This document shows, piece after piece, positions 48,059 to 60,000 of a DNA stretch of 64,000 bases. Made by a program: the position numbers and the translations under genes. The DNA is from Macrostomum lignano (lineage: Eukaryota). Within the stretch, counting starts at the first letter, position 1. Every line of letters starts with the position of its first letter. The notes beneath the pieces were generated by a model. That model did no database searches, had not been told where the DNA came from, and saw only the letters and a list, made by a program, of their open reading frames with translations. Where the stretch lies: the NCBI GenBank assembly GCA_002269645.1, contig NIVC01001095.1:124001-188000 (forward strand). The letters are read 5' to 3'.

Positions 48059-51000
48059 TCATTCTTTACTTGCTTGAAAATCGTCATTCTCAATCGTAGT
48101 CAAATCAACTAGGCTCTCATAGATTGGAGCGCCGCTCATTGTGAAATAGTAGGATCCCACACCGCTGCTGCTGGCGCCGCCGTTGGCGCCTCTGGTGGCC
48201 CCGCCGACTTGAGACGCGCCGTCGATACACGACGGCTGTAGATAGGTCTCCAGACTAGACGATTGATTGGTCGCGGAGCTCGGCGAGAATAGCAGACAGC
48301 TCTGAGGCTGGGGAGTCGGGGGAAGAGTCAGGGAGCAGCGGAGTCTCTGCAGTTGCCAGCGCTGCTCGTGCACCAGGGCCTCCATCACCAGTGACCGCCT
48401 GTGAAGCTTCCTGCCGGGAGGGAGGGCGAAAGAGCAATAGGGATAACATGTGTCCATAGTCAGACTGTCACTCACTCCTGGTCTAGACTGTCACTCTTCA
48501 CCTAGGCTGTCACTCTTCACTTAGACTGTTGCTCTTCACCTAGACTGTCACTCTTCGCCTAGACTGTCACTCTTCACCTAGACTGTCACTCTTCACCTAG
48601 ACTGTCACTCTTCACCTAGACTGTCACTCTTCACCTAGACTGTCACTCTTCACCTAGACTGTCACTCTTCACCTAGACTGTCACTCTTCACCTAGACTGT
48701 CACTCTTCACCTAGACTGTCACTCCCCCATAGACTGTCACTGCTGCTCTAGATTGTCACTCTTCGCCTAGACTGTCACTCTTCGCCTAGACTGTCGCTCT
48801 TCACCTAGACTGTCGCTCTTCGCCTAGACTGTCACTCTTGACCTAGACTGTCGCTCTTCAACTAGACTGTCACTCTTCGCCTAGACTGTCGCTCTTCAAC
48901 TGGACTGTCGCTCTTCAACTGGACTGTCGCTCTTCAACTAGACTGTCACTCTTCACCTAGACTGTCGCTCTTCATCTAGACTGTCGCTCTTCACCTAGAC
49001 TGTCGCTCTTCATCTAGACTGTCACTCTTCACCTAGACTGTCGCTCTTCATCTAGACTGTCGCTCTTCACCTAGACTGTCGCTCTTCATCTAGACTGTCG
49101 CTCCCTGTCACTCCCTCACTTCCCTAGACTAAGGCTTTCACTCCTGGTCTAGACTGTCACTCCCACCTTAAACTGTCACTCTTTCCCTAGACTGTCCATT
49201 CTCTTAAAAACTGTCACTCCTACTCTAGAGTGTCACTCCTCCCCTAGACTGTCACTCCTGCCCTAAACTGTCATTCCTGCCACAAACTGTCACTCCTCCC
49301 TAAGACTGTCACTGCTGCTCTAGACTGTCACTCCTCTTTCACTTTTCCCTGAGACTAGACTTCCAGTTTACATGCGCAAGCAGTTGAACAAACCTGTCTC
49401 GTTTATTGTATCTCCAGCGCAACAGCAAGAAACAGCCAACGCCTACTAGGAGCAGAACAATCAAAGAAGTAGTTGTTGGCACTGAAATAAAAGAATAACA
49501 AGATAAACTATATACACTATTGCAAGTAACTCATTAGTTAGCTAGTGTGCACCAAGATGAAAAATCTGTTCTGAAAAAAGGCTAAATAAAATGGCCCCAA
49601 CCATACGGTGAGCAGGCAGTGTTCACGGCGCGAGTTGAGCAAGCGGAATAAATTAAATAATAGACCAATTACGTAACCTAATACAGGTAAAAAATGGGCC
49701 ACCCGCGGCTTTGAGTAGAATAGACTTAGACAAGGTGCTCGGACTCAAATGCGCTATAGTGTATGTATGATTGCATTGACCCCAAGGGTTTTAACTGAGG
49801 TCAGCGTGGGTCGGGTCAAAGCTGTCGGGCTCTCGACTCGATTTTATATAACAAAACTTTTCGAAAAGCATGTTTCAAAATAATATCCTCAGGAGCTACA
49901 AAGGTAAAGCGCTGAGTCTGTCTCTAGTAAAGCCATCCACAACTTTCTTTCTCTACAAGGCGGCTTATGGCAACGCAAATGTTGGCTCAGGGCGATGTTT
50001 TCTTTTCTAAGAAAACATGCGAGACTATGCGGTATTACGTAATGCAGGTTTTTTCTTTAAAGAAGCCGGCAAAAAATTATAGATATTACGAAGCAGGCTA
50101 ACAAGATTCATTGAGCGTTATACGAGTATCAGTGAATAAAGAACATTGGAGTATGCTTGTGCACTGTGGTGGGAGAGGGAGGGGAGAGGAGGGGAGAGGA
50201 GGGGATAGAAGAGGAGAGAAGAGGAGAGAAGAGGGTAATGATATGACAGAAGGGAGAGAAGAAGATGCAAAAAGGGGACGAGAGAAGCAGAGGGCAGACG
50301 GTGAGAGGGAGGGAGAGAAGCAGAAAGCAGACGGTGAGAGGGAGGGAGAGAAGCAGAGGGCAGATGGTGAGAGGGAGAGAGAGAAGCAGAGGGCAGACGG
50401 TGAGAGGGAGAGAGAGAAGCAGAGGGGAGATGGTGAGAGGGAGAGAGAGAAGCAGAGAGCAGACGGTGGGAGGGAGGGAGAGAAGCAGAGGGCAGATGGT
50501 GAGAGGGAAGGAGAGAAGCAGAGGGGAGACGGTGAGAGGGAGGGAGAGAAGCAGAGGGCAGATGGTGAGAGGGAGGGAGAGAAGCAGAGGGCAGATGGTG
50601 AGAGGGAGGGAGAGAAGCAGAGGGGAGATGGTGAGAGGGAGAGAGAGAAGCAGAGGGGAGATGGTGAGAGGGAGAGAGAGAAGCAGAGGGGAGATGGTGA
50701 GAGGGAGGGAGAGAAGCAGAGGGCAGATGGTGAGAGGGAGGGAGAGAAGCATAGGGCAGACGGTGGGAGCAAAGACACACATACAAAAGTTTGCTCACCA
50801 GCCAACAGCCAAGCCTCCATACTGGCAGAATGAGCAAGCTGAGCAGCATTGCTCAACACCGTGACTCCCTCAGACAGCGCTGAATCTGCAACGATAGGCG
50901 CAAATTAGAGTTGAAGGTTGGATTGTAAAGGTTACTATAAGAGAGGCAGACAGAGAAAAATTGTAGAGTCTCAGGTCGGATTTTTCATCCATAATCTAGG

Positions 51001-54000
51001 CCAAAATATTTTGTATGTGCGTATGAAATTCGAAGCGACCACCACATCGAAAATTAAAAAAACTACTCGGTTTAAGAAGAAAAATGTATTAAAGAGATCA
51101 AATTTAGGGTCTTCTGAGACAGATACTCTGACACAATGGTTCAAGCTTTGCGGTCTTGGGAACTATTGAGGTCTTCGAGACTCAATCTGCATCTTTCACC
51201 GTTCTACTCGTAGATCGAGAGATCACTCTCTTCTTTCCCTGTCAAGAAACAATTTAATCCAAACCTTACCTTCTCACTCCTTATCTCAAACTCCTCACTC
51301 CTTATCTCAAACTCCTCACTCCTTATCTCAAACTCCTCACTCCTTATCTCAAGCTCCTCACTCCTTATCTCAAACTCCTCACTCCTTATCTCAAACTCCT
51401 CACTCCTTATCTCAAACTCCTCACTCCTTATCTCCCCTTCTACCTCCTTATATCCCCTTCTCACTCCTTATCTCAAACTCCTCACTCCTTATTGTAGTGT
51501 ACGCTCTGCGCGGTAATAATGTACTTGGCTTGGTCGATGAACTAACTCGTAGCAATACTCTTATTACGCAATGCTCTCGTGCCTATAAATATATTGAATT
51601 GAGCAGTCGGCTCATTTAAGTGCATCGTTTCTCTCGCCAAACTAAATAGCTAGTCTGAGTCATTACACTTATCTCCCCTTCTACCTCCTTATCTCCCCTT
51701 CTACCTCCTTATATCCCCTTCTCACTCCTTATCTCAAACTCCTCACTCCTTATCTCAAACTCCTCACTCCTTATCCCAAACTCCTCACTCCTTATCTCAA
51801 GCTCCTCACTCCTTATCTCAAACTCCTCACTCCTTATCTCAAACTCCTCACTCCTTATCTCCCCTTCTACCTCCTTATATCCCCTTCTCACTCCTTATCT
51901 CAAACTCCTCACTCCTTATCTCCCCTTCTACCTCCTTATCTCCCCTTCTACCTCCTTATATCCCCTTCTACCTCCTTATCTCCCCTTCTACCTCCTTATA
52001 TCCCCTTCTCACTCCTTATCTCCCCTTCTACCTCCTTATCTCCCTTCTCACTCCTTATCTCCCCTTCTACCTCCTTATCTCCCCTTCTCACTCCTTATCT
52101 CCCCTTCTACCTCCTTATATCCCCTTCTCACTCCTTATCTCCCCTTCTACCTCCTTATCTCCCTTCTCACTCCTTATCTCCCCTTCTACCTCCTTATCTC
52201 CCCTTCTCACTCCTTATCTCCCCTTCTACCTCCTTATATCCCCTTCTCACTCCTTATCTCAAACTCCTCACTCCTTATCTCCCCTTCTCACTCCTTATCT
52301 CCCCTTCTCACTCCTTATCTCCCCTTCTACCTCCTTATCTCCCCTTCTCACTCCTTATCTCCCCTTCTACCTCCTTATATCCCCTTCTACCTCCTTATAT
52401 CCCCTTCTCACTCCTTATCTCCCCTTCTCATTCCTTATCTCTCCTTCCGACTTCTCATCTTCCCTTTTCTCCCTCACTCCTCACTCCTATCTCTCATTCT
52501 CACTCCCCTCCCATTCTTTCTCTCTCCTTCCCAACCTAATTCCTATCTTCTCATAAACTTCCTATACCTTTTAATAATCCTCTAACTTAATATTTTCCAT
52601 ACTTCGTACCTCTTTGATATATTTAACGTTAATTTTTCATTACAAAACCGTTCCAATGTAAGATTAATTGTCTTCAACTTCTCTCCTAACCCCAATTTAC
52701 TCACTCTCGACTCTCTTCTATCTCCATTTCGCTTTTTCAATGTCTTAATTTTTAATTCGACCCATTTTTCTTTCAGCCGAAGCTTACACCAGAACAGTGA
52801 TTTGCAGCGAGTATACAACCCGCCTGAACTGCATCTTGGAACTAATTAGAGTTAAAACAATAAAAAATCTGCATAGATTTCAAAACACTGCATAGCTTGC
52901 TTTACACTGTTTTTGAAACACCACCTGCTACATTCAGGGCCTCAATAAGCTAAAATAGATGAAGGCCACAATTTTAACTTATTTTGATACACTTGAAATT
53001 GCTTGCGATTAATTTTAACCGAAACTGCCGATGCCGCCATGAGAGGTCAGTCAGTGAAATTTATATTTGCATTAATTCGACTTTAATTTAGCTTGGACTC
53101 TGTGAAGGACTGCCGCTAAAAACCTTGGGAAACCTTTTTTGGTTTATTTCTGGGACTAGTGAACCTTAGTCTGGACTGCCTTCCATACTCTCAGTTGCTG
53201 GGCCAGCCTCCCGGATCCTCAGTTGCTGGGCCAGCCTCCCGGATCCTCAGTTGCTGGGCCAGCCTCCCGGATCCTCAGTTGCTGGGCCAGCCTCCCGGAT
53301 CCTCAGTTGCTGGGCCAGCCTCCCAGATCCTCAGTTGCTGGGCCAGCCTCCCAGATCCCCAGTTGCTGGGCCAGCCTCCCAGAGTGTCAGTCGCTGGGCC
53401 AGCCTCCCAGATCCTCAGTTGCTGGGCCATCCTCCCAGATCCTCAGTTGCTGGGCCAGCCTCCCAGATCCTCAGTTGCTGGGCCAGCCTCCCAGATCCTC
53501 AGTTGCTGGGCCAGCCTCCCAGAGTGTCACTTGCTGGGCCAGCCTCCCAGAGTTTCAGTTGCTGGGCCAGCCTCCCAGATCCTCAGTTGCTGGGTCACCA
53601 GCCTCCCAGACCCTCAGCTTCTGCACCTGCCTCTCAGACCATTAGTTGCGGGGCCAGCTTCCCAGACAATCTAGTTATTCCCGGCGAACATAGACGTTAA
53701 AATGCAGACAAAATTAACTCACCATCAACGCTACGGTTACGGCCATGGCCACTATTACTAGTGAATGAAGACGCTGTCGTCTTCAAAGGTGGGACGATGG
53801 TTTATATTGTGTCCATTATTGTTTATGGCTATGACATCTATTTATTTAACCTAAATTGAGAGCTAAAAAGCCCCCCACGCTCCTGGCATTAGTTAGTCTA
53901 GTGGTATAGTGGGGGACTGGCCGCCCCCCACGCCCCTGGCATTAGTTAGTCTAGTGGTATAGTGGGGGGCTGGCCGCCCCCACGCCCTGGCATTAGTTAG

Positions 54001-57000
54001 TCTAGTGGTATAGTGGGGGCTGGCCGCCCCCACGCCCCTGGCATTTGTTAGTCTAGTGGTATAGTGGGGGGCTGGCCGCCCCCACGCCCCTGGCATTTAT
54101 TAGTCTAGTGGTATAGTGGGGGGCTCGCCGCCCCCACGCCCCTGGCATTAGTTAGTCTAAGTGGTATAGTGGGGGGCTGGCCACCCCCACGCCCCTGGCA
54201 TTAGTTAGTCTAGTGGTATAGTGGGTGGCTGGCCGCCCCCACGCCCCTGGCATTAGTTAGTCTAGTGGTATAGTGGGGGGCTGGCCGCCCCCCACGCCCC
54301 TGGCATTAGTTAGTCTAGTGGTATAGTGGGGGGCTGGCCGCCCCCACGCCCCTGGCATTAGTTAGTCTAGTGGTATAGTGGGGGGCTGGCCGCCCCCACG
54401 CCCCTGGCATTAGTTAGTCTAGTGGTATAGTGGTATAGTGGGGGGCTAGCCGCCCCCACGCCCCTGGCATTAGTTAGTCTAGTGGTATAGTGGGGGGCTG
54501 GCCGCCCCCACGCCCCTGGCATTAGTTAGTCTAGTGGTATAGTGGGGGCTGGCCGCCCCCACGCCCCTGGCATTAGTTAGTCTAGTGGTATAGTGGGGGC
54601 TGGCCACCCCCCACGCCCCTGGCATTAGTTAGTCTAGTGGTATAGTGGGGGGCTGGCCACCCCCCACGCCCCTGGCATTAGTTAGTCTAGTGGTATAGTG
54701 GGGGGCTGGCCGCCCCCACGCCCCTGGCATTAGTTAGTCTAGTGGTATAGTGGGGGGCTGGCCGCCCCCACGCCCCTGGCATTAGTTAGTCTAGTGGTAT
54801 AGTGGGGGGCTGGCCGCCCCCACGCCCCTGGCATTAGTTAGTCTAAGTGGTATAGTGGGGGCTGGCCGCCCCCCACGCCCCTGGCATTAGTTAGTCTAGT
54901 GGTATAGTGGGGGGCTGGCCGCCCCCCACGCCCCTGGCATTAGTTAGTCTAGTGGTATAGTGGGGGGCTGGCCGCCCCCCACGCCCCTGGCATTAGTTAG
55001 TCTAGTGGTATAGTGGGGGGCTGGCCGCCCCCACGCCCCTGGCATTAGTTAGTCTAGTGGTATAGTGGGGGGCTGGCCACCCCCACGCCCCTGGCATTAG
55101 TTAGTCTAGTGGTATAGTGGGGGCTGGCCGCCCCCCACGCCCCTGGCATTTATTAGTCTAGTGGTATAGTGGGGGCTCGCCGCCCCCACGCCCCTGGCAT
55201 TAGTTAGTCTAAGTGGTATAGTGGGGGGCTGGCCGCCCCCACGCCCCTGGCATTAGTTAGTCTAGTGGTATAGTGGTATAGTGGGGGGCTGGCCGCCCCC
55301 ACACACCTGGCATTAGTTAGTCTAGTGGTATAGTAGGGGGCTGGCCGCCCCCCACGCCCCTGGCATTAGTTAGTCTAGTGGTATAGTGGGGGGCTGGCCG
55401 CCCCCCACGCCCCTGGCATTAGTTAGTCTAGTGGTAAAGTGTGGGGGGCTGGCCGCCCCCCACGCCCCTGGCATTAGTTAGTCTAAGTGGTATAGTGGGG
55501 GGCTTGCCGCCCCCCACGCCCCTGGCATTAGTTAGTCTAGTGGTATAGTGGGGGGCTGGCCACCCCCACGCCCCTGGCATTAGTTAGTCTAGTGGTATAG
55601 TGGGGGCTTGCCGCCCCCACGCCCCTGGCATTAGTTAGTCTAGTGGTATAGTGGGGGGCTGGCCGCCCCCACGCCCCTGGCATTAGTTAGTCTAGTGGTA
55701 TAGTGGGGGCTGGCCGCCCCCCACGCCCCTGGCATTAGTTAGTCTAAGTGGTATAGTGGGGGGCTGCCGCCCCCCACGCCCCTGGCATTAGTTAGTCTAG
55801 TGGTATAGTGGGGGGCTGGCCGCCCCCCACGCCCCTGGCATTAGTTAGTCTAGTGGTATAGTGGTATAGTGGGGGGGCTAGCCGCCCCCCACGCCCCTGG
55901 CATTAGTTAGTCTAGTGGTATAGTGGGGGGCTGGCCGCCCCCCACGCCCCTGGCATTAGTTAGTCTAGTGGTATAGTAGGGGGCTGGCCGCCCCCCACGC
56001 CCCTGGCATTTATTAGTCTAGTGGTATAGTGGGGGCTAGCCGCCCCCCACGCCCCTGGCATTAGTTAGTCTAGTGGTATAGTGGGGGCTGGCCGCCCCCC
56101 ACGCCCCTGGCATTAGTTAGTCTAGTGGTATAGTGGGGGCTGGCCACCCCCCACGCCCCTGGCATTAGTTAGTCTAGTGGTATAGTGGGGGCTGGCCACC
56201 CCCCACGCCCCTGGCATTAGTTAGTCTAGTGGTATAGTGGGGGGCTGGCCGCCCCCCACGCCCCTGGCATTAGTTAGTCTAGTGGTATAGTGGGGGGCTG
56301 GCCGCCCCCCACGCCCCTGGCATTAGTTAGTCTAGTGGTATAGTGGGGGGCTGGCCGCCCCCACGCCCCTGGCATTAGTTAGTCTAAGTGGTATAGTGGG
56401 GGGCTGGCCGCCCCCACGCCCCTGGCATTAGTTAGTCTAGTGGTATAGTGGGGGGCTGGCCGCCCCCCACGCCCCTGGCATTAGTTAGTCTAGTGGTATA
56501 GTGGGGGCTGGCCGCCCCCCACGCCCCTGGCATTAGTTAGTCTAAGTGGTATAGTGGGGGCTGGCCGCCCCCCACGCCCCTGGCATTAGTTAGTCTAGTG
56601 GTATAGTGGGGGCTGGCCACCCCCACGCCCCTGGCATTAGTTAGTCTAGTGGTATAGTGGGGGGCTGGCCGCCCCCACGCCCCTGGCATTTATTAGTCTA
56701 GTGGTATAGTGGGGGGCTCGCCGCCCCCACGCCCCTGGCATTAGTTAGTCTAAGTGGTATAGTGGGGGCTGGCCGCCCCCACGCCCCTGGCATTAGTTAG
56801 TCTAGTGGTATAGTGGTATAGTGGGGGCTGGCCGCCCCCCACACACCTGGCATTAGTTAGTCTAGTGGTATAGTAGGGGGCTGGCCGCCCCCACGCCCCT
56901 GGCATTAGTTAGTCTAGTGGTATAGTGGGGGCTGGCCGCCCCCACGCCCCTGGCATTAGTTAGTCTAGTGGTAAAGTGTGGGGGCTGGCCGCCCCCACGC

Positions 57001-60000
57001 CCCTGGCATTAGTTAGTCTAAGTGGTATAGTGGGGGCTTGCCGCCCCCACGCCCCTGGCATTAGTTAGTCTAGTGGTATAGTGGGGGCTGGCCACCCCCA
57101 CGCCCCTGGCATTAGTTAGTCTAGTGGTATAGTGGGGGCTGGCCGCCCCCACGCCCCTGGCATTAGTTAGTCTAGTGGTATAGTGGGGGGCTGGCCGCCC
57201 CCACGCCCCTGGCATTAGTTAGTCTAGTGGTATAGTGGGGGGCTGGCCGCCCCCCACGCCCCTGGCATTAGTTAGTCTAAGTGGTATAGTGGGGGGCTGC
57301 CGCCCCCACGCCCCTGGCATTAGTTAGTCTAGTGGTATAGTGGGGGGCTGGCCGCCCCCCACGCCCCTGGCATTAGTTAGTCTAGTGGTATAGTGGTATA
57401 GGGGGGGCTAGCCGCCCCCACGCCCCTGGCATTAGTTAGTCTAGTGGTATAGTGGGTGGGCTGGCCGCCCCCACGCCCCTGGCATTAGTTAGTCTAGTGG
57501 TATAGTAGGGGGCTGGCCGCCCCCCACGCCCCTGGCATTATTAGTCTAGTGGTATAGTGGGGGGCTAGCCGCCCCCACGCCCCTGGCATTAGTTAGTCTA
57601 GTGGTATAGTGGGGGCTGGCCGCCCCCACGCCCCTGGCATTAGTTAGTCTAGTGGTATAGTGGGGGGCTGGCCACCCCCACGCCCCTGGCATTAGTTAGT
57701 CTAGTGGTATAGTGGGGGCTGGCCACCCCCCACGCCCCTGGCATTAGTTAGTCTAGTGGTATAGTGGGGGCTGGCCGCCCCCCACGCCCCTGGCATTAGT
57801 TAGTCTAGTGGTATAGTGGGGGGCTGGCCGCCCCCCACGCCCCTGGCATTAGTTAGTCTAGTGGTATAGTGGGGGGCTGGCCGCCCCCACGCCCCTGGCA
57901 TTAGTTAGTCTAAGTGGTATAGTGGGGGGCTGGCCGCCCCCACGCCCCTGGCATTAGTTAGTCTAGTGGTATAGTGGGGGGCTGGCCGCCCCCCACGCCC
58001 CTGGCATTAGTTAGTCTAGTGGTATAGTGGGGGCTGGCCGCCCCCACGCCCCTGGCATTAGTTAGTCTAAGTGGTATAGTGGGGGCTGGCCGCCCCCCAC
58101 GCCCCTGGCATTAGTTAGTCTAGTGGTATAGTGGGGGGCTGGCCACCCCCCACGCCCCTGGCATTAGTTAGTCTAGTGGTATAGTGGGGGGCTGGCCGCC
58201 CCCACGCCCCTGGCATTTATTAGTCTAGTGGTATAGTGGGGGGCTCGCCGCCCCCACGCCCCTGGCATTAGTTAGTCTAAGTGGTATAGTGGGGGGCTGG
58301 CCGCCCCCACGCCCCTGGCATTAGTTAGTCTAGTGGTATAGTGGTATAGTGGGGGCTGGCCGCCCCCCACACCCTGGCATTAGTTAGTCTAGTGGTATAG
58401 TAGGGGGCTGGCCGCCCCCCACGCCCCTGGCATTAGTTAGTCTAGTGGTATAGTGGGGGGCTGGCCGCCCCCCACGCCCCTGGCATTAGTTAGTCTAGTG
58501 GTATAGTGGGGGGCTGGCCGCCCCCACGCCCCTGGCATTAGTTAGTCTAAGTGGTATAGTGGGGGGCTGCCGCCCCCCACGCCCCTGGCATTAGTTAGTC
58601 TAGTGGTATAGTGGGGGGCTGGCCACCCCCCACGCCCCTGGCATTAGTTAGTCTAGTGGTATAGTGGGGGGCTGGCCGCCCCCACGCCCCTGGCATTAGT
58701 TAGTCTAGTGGTATAGTGGGGGGCTGGCCGCCCCCACGCCCCTGGCATTAGTTAGTCTAGTGGTATAGTGGGGGCTGGCCGCCCCCACGCCCCTGGCATT
58801 ATTAGTCTAGTGGTATAGTGGGGGGCTGGCCGCCCCCACGCCCCTGGCATTAGTTTCTCTAGTGGTATAGTGGGGGGCTGGCCGCCCCCACGCCCCTGGC
58901 ATTAGTTAGTCTAGTGGTATAGTGGGGGGCTGGCCGCCCCCACGCCACTGGCATTAGTTAGTCTAGTGGTATAGTGGGGGCTGGCCGCCCCCACACCCTG
59001 GCATTAGTTTCTCTAGTGGTATAGTGGGGAGTTGGCCGCCCCCACGCCCCTGGCATTAGTTTGTCTAGTTTGGTGGTATAGTGGAGGGCTGGCCGCCCCC
59101 ACACCCCCGCTCCCCCACCCCTCCCGCGCGTTGTTGTTGGGGAGGGTGGTTGTTGTTGTGGGGTTTGCGTAACGTGGGGGCTGCCGCCCCCACACCCCCG
59201 CTCCCCCACCCCTCCCGCGCGTTGTTGTTGGGGAGGGTGGTTGTTGTTGTGGGGTTTGCGTAACGTGGGGGCTGCCGCCCCCACACCCCCGCTCCCCCAC
59301 CCCTCCCGCACATTGTTGTTGGGGAGGGTGGTTGTTGTTGTGGGGTTTGCGTAACGTGGGGGCTGCCGCCCCCACACCCCCGCTCCCCCACCCCACCCCT
59401 CCGCAACTTTTCCCACCTCTAACACATCTTTTTAGCATGCTAAAACTGCTTGTAAGCCTTTGGCGACCGCGCAACACATGATACTTGCCGATATGTATCG
59501 TAATATTCTTTCTGCACTAACAAATCATCTGTGCCGCACTTTCAGCTTCACTCTTACTCTTTAATAAGGTATAGAAGGAAAGGAAAATTAAACAATCAAT
59601 ATTAAATTATATTCAAGTGAAAGAGAATTGAAAATACTAATAAATCCGTTCCTGCTAAAAAATTAAATATAAAAAAAACTTGGCCCACTTGGGATTCGAA
59701 CCCGTGTTTAGGCCATTTACAAAGCAACTGCCTTCGGCCCCGATCCATCTCTTACTTAAGCGAAGCTCTACAGTGCACGCCGTTTATATCGAATATTCCC
59801 TATGGTAGCCACTTTTACGATTTTTGCTGCTTTTTCATACATTTCTGCTCGCTGCATCGCAGCGCCTTCATCTAAAAATGCGAGTCGCATGTCGTTACAG
59901 AGATAACATCAAGGCGCATTCATCTAATGCATTTTTAAAGTATGTCAACAAATTTTACGCCTCCTAGGCGCCAAATTGTGCATTTTCACCTGTTCTGACA

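Noticed and set aside
50098-50864. Overlapping 200-250-aa ORFs, including a trichohyalin-like 'EREGEKQRADG' repeat and a signal-peptide-like 'MLLSLLILPVWRLGCWL' start
   Set aside because: 33-bp intronic repeat. The real exon (50885-50799) fits the phase 1-1 chain into the TM exon better than the apparent signal peptide.
52770-52842. Possible small - strand exon ('PRCSSGGLYTRCKSLFW', GTAAGC donor)
   Set aside because: Phase 1-1, so it could be included, but it is not needed for frame continuity and has no independent support; left unannotated.
21118-59085. Regular repeat arrays as possible CRISPR arrays
   Set aside because: No unique spacers between repeats, no cas genes, eukaryotic context.
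53870-59085. TTAGTTAG within the satellite as a telomere-like repeat
   Set aside because: Not TTAGGG or TTAGG tandem repeats; only an 8-nt part of a 51-bp unit.
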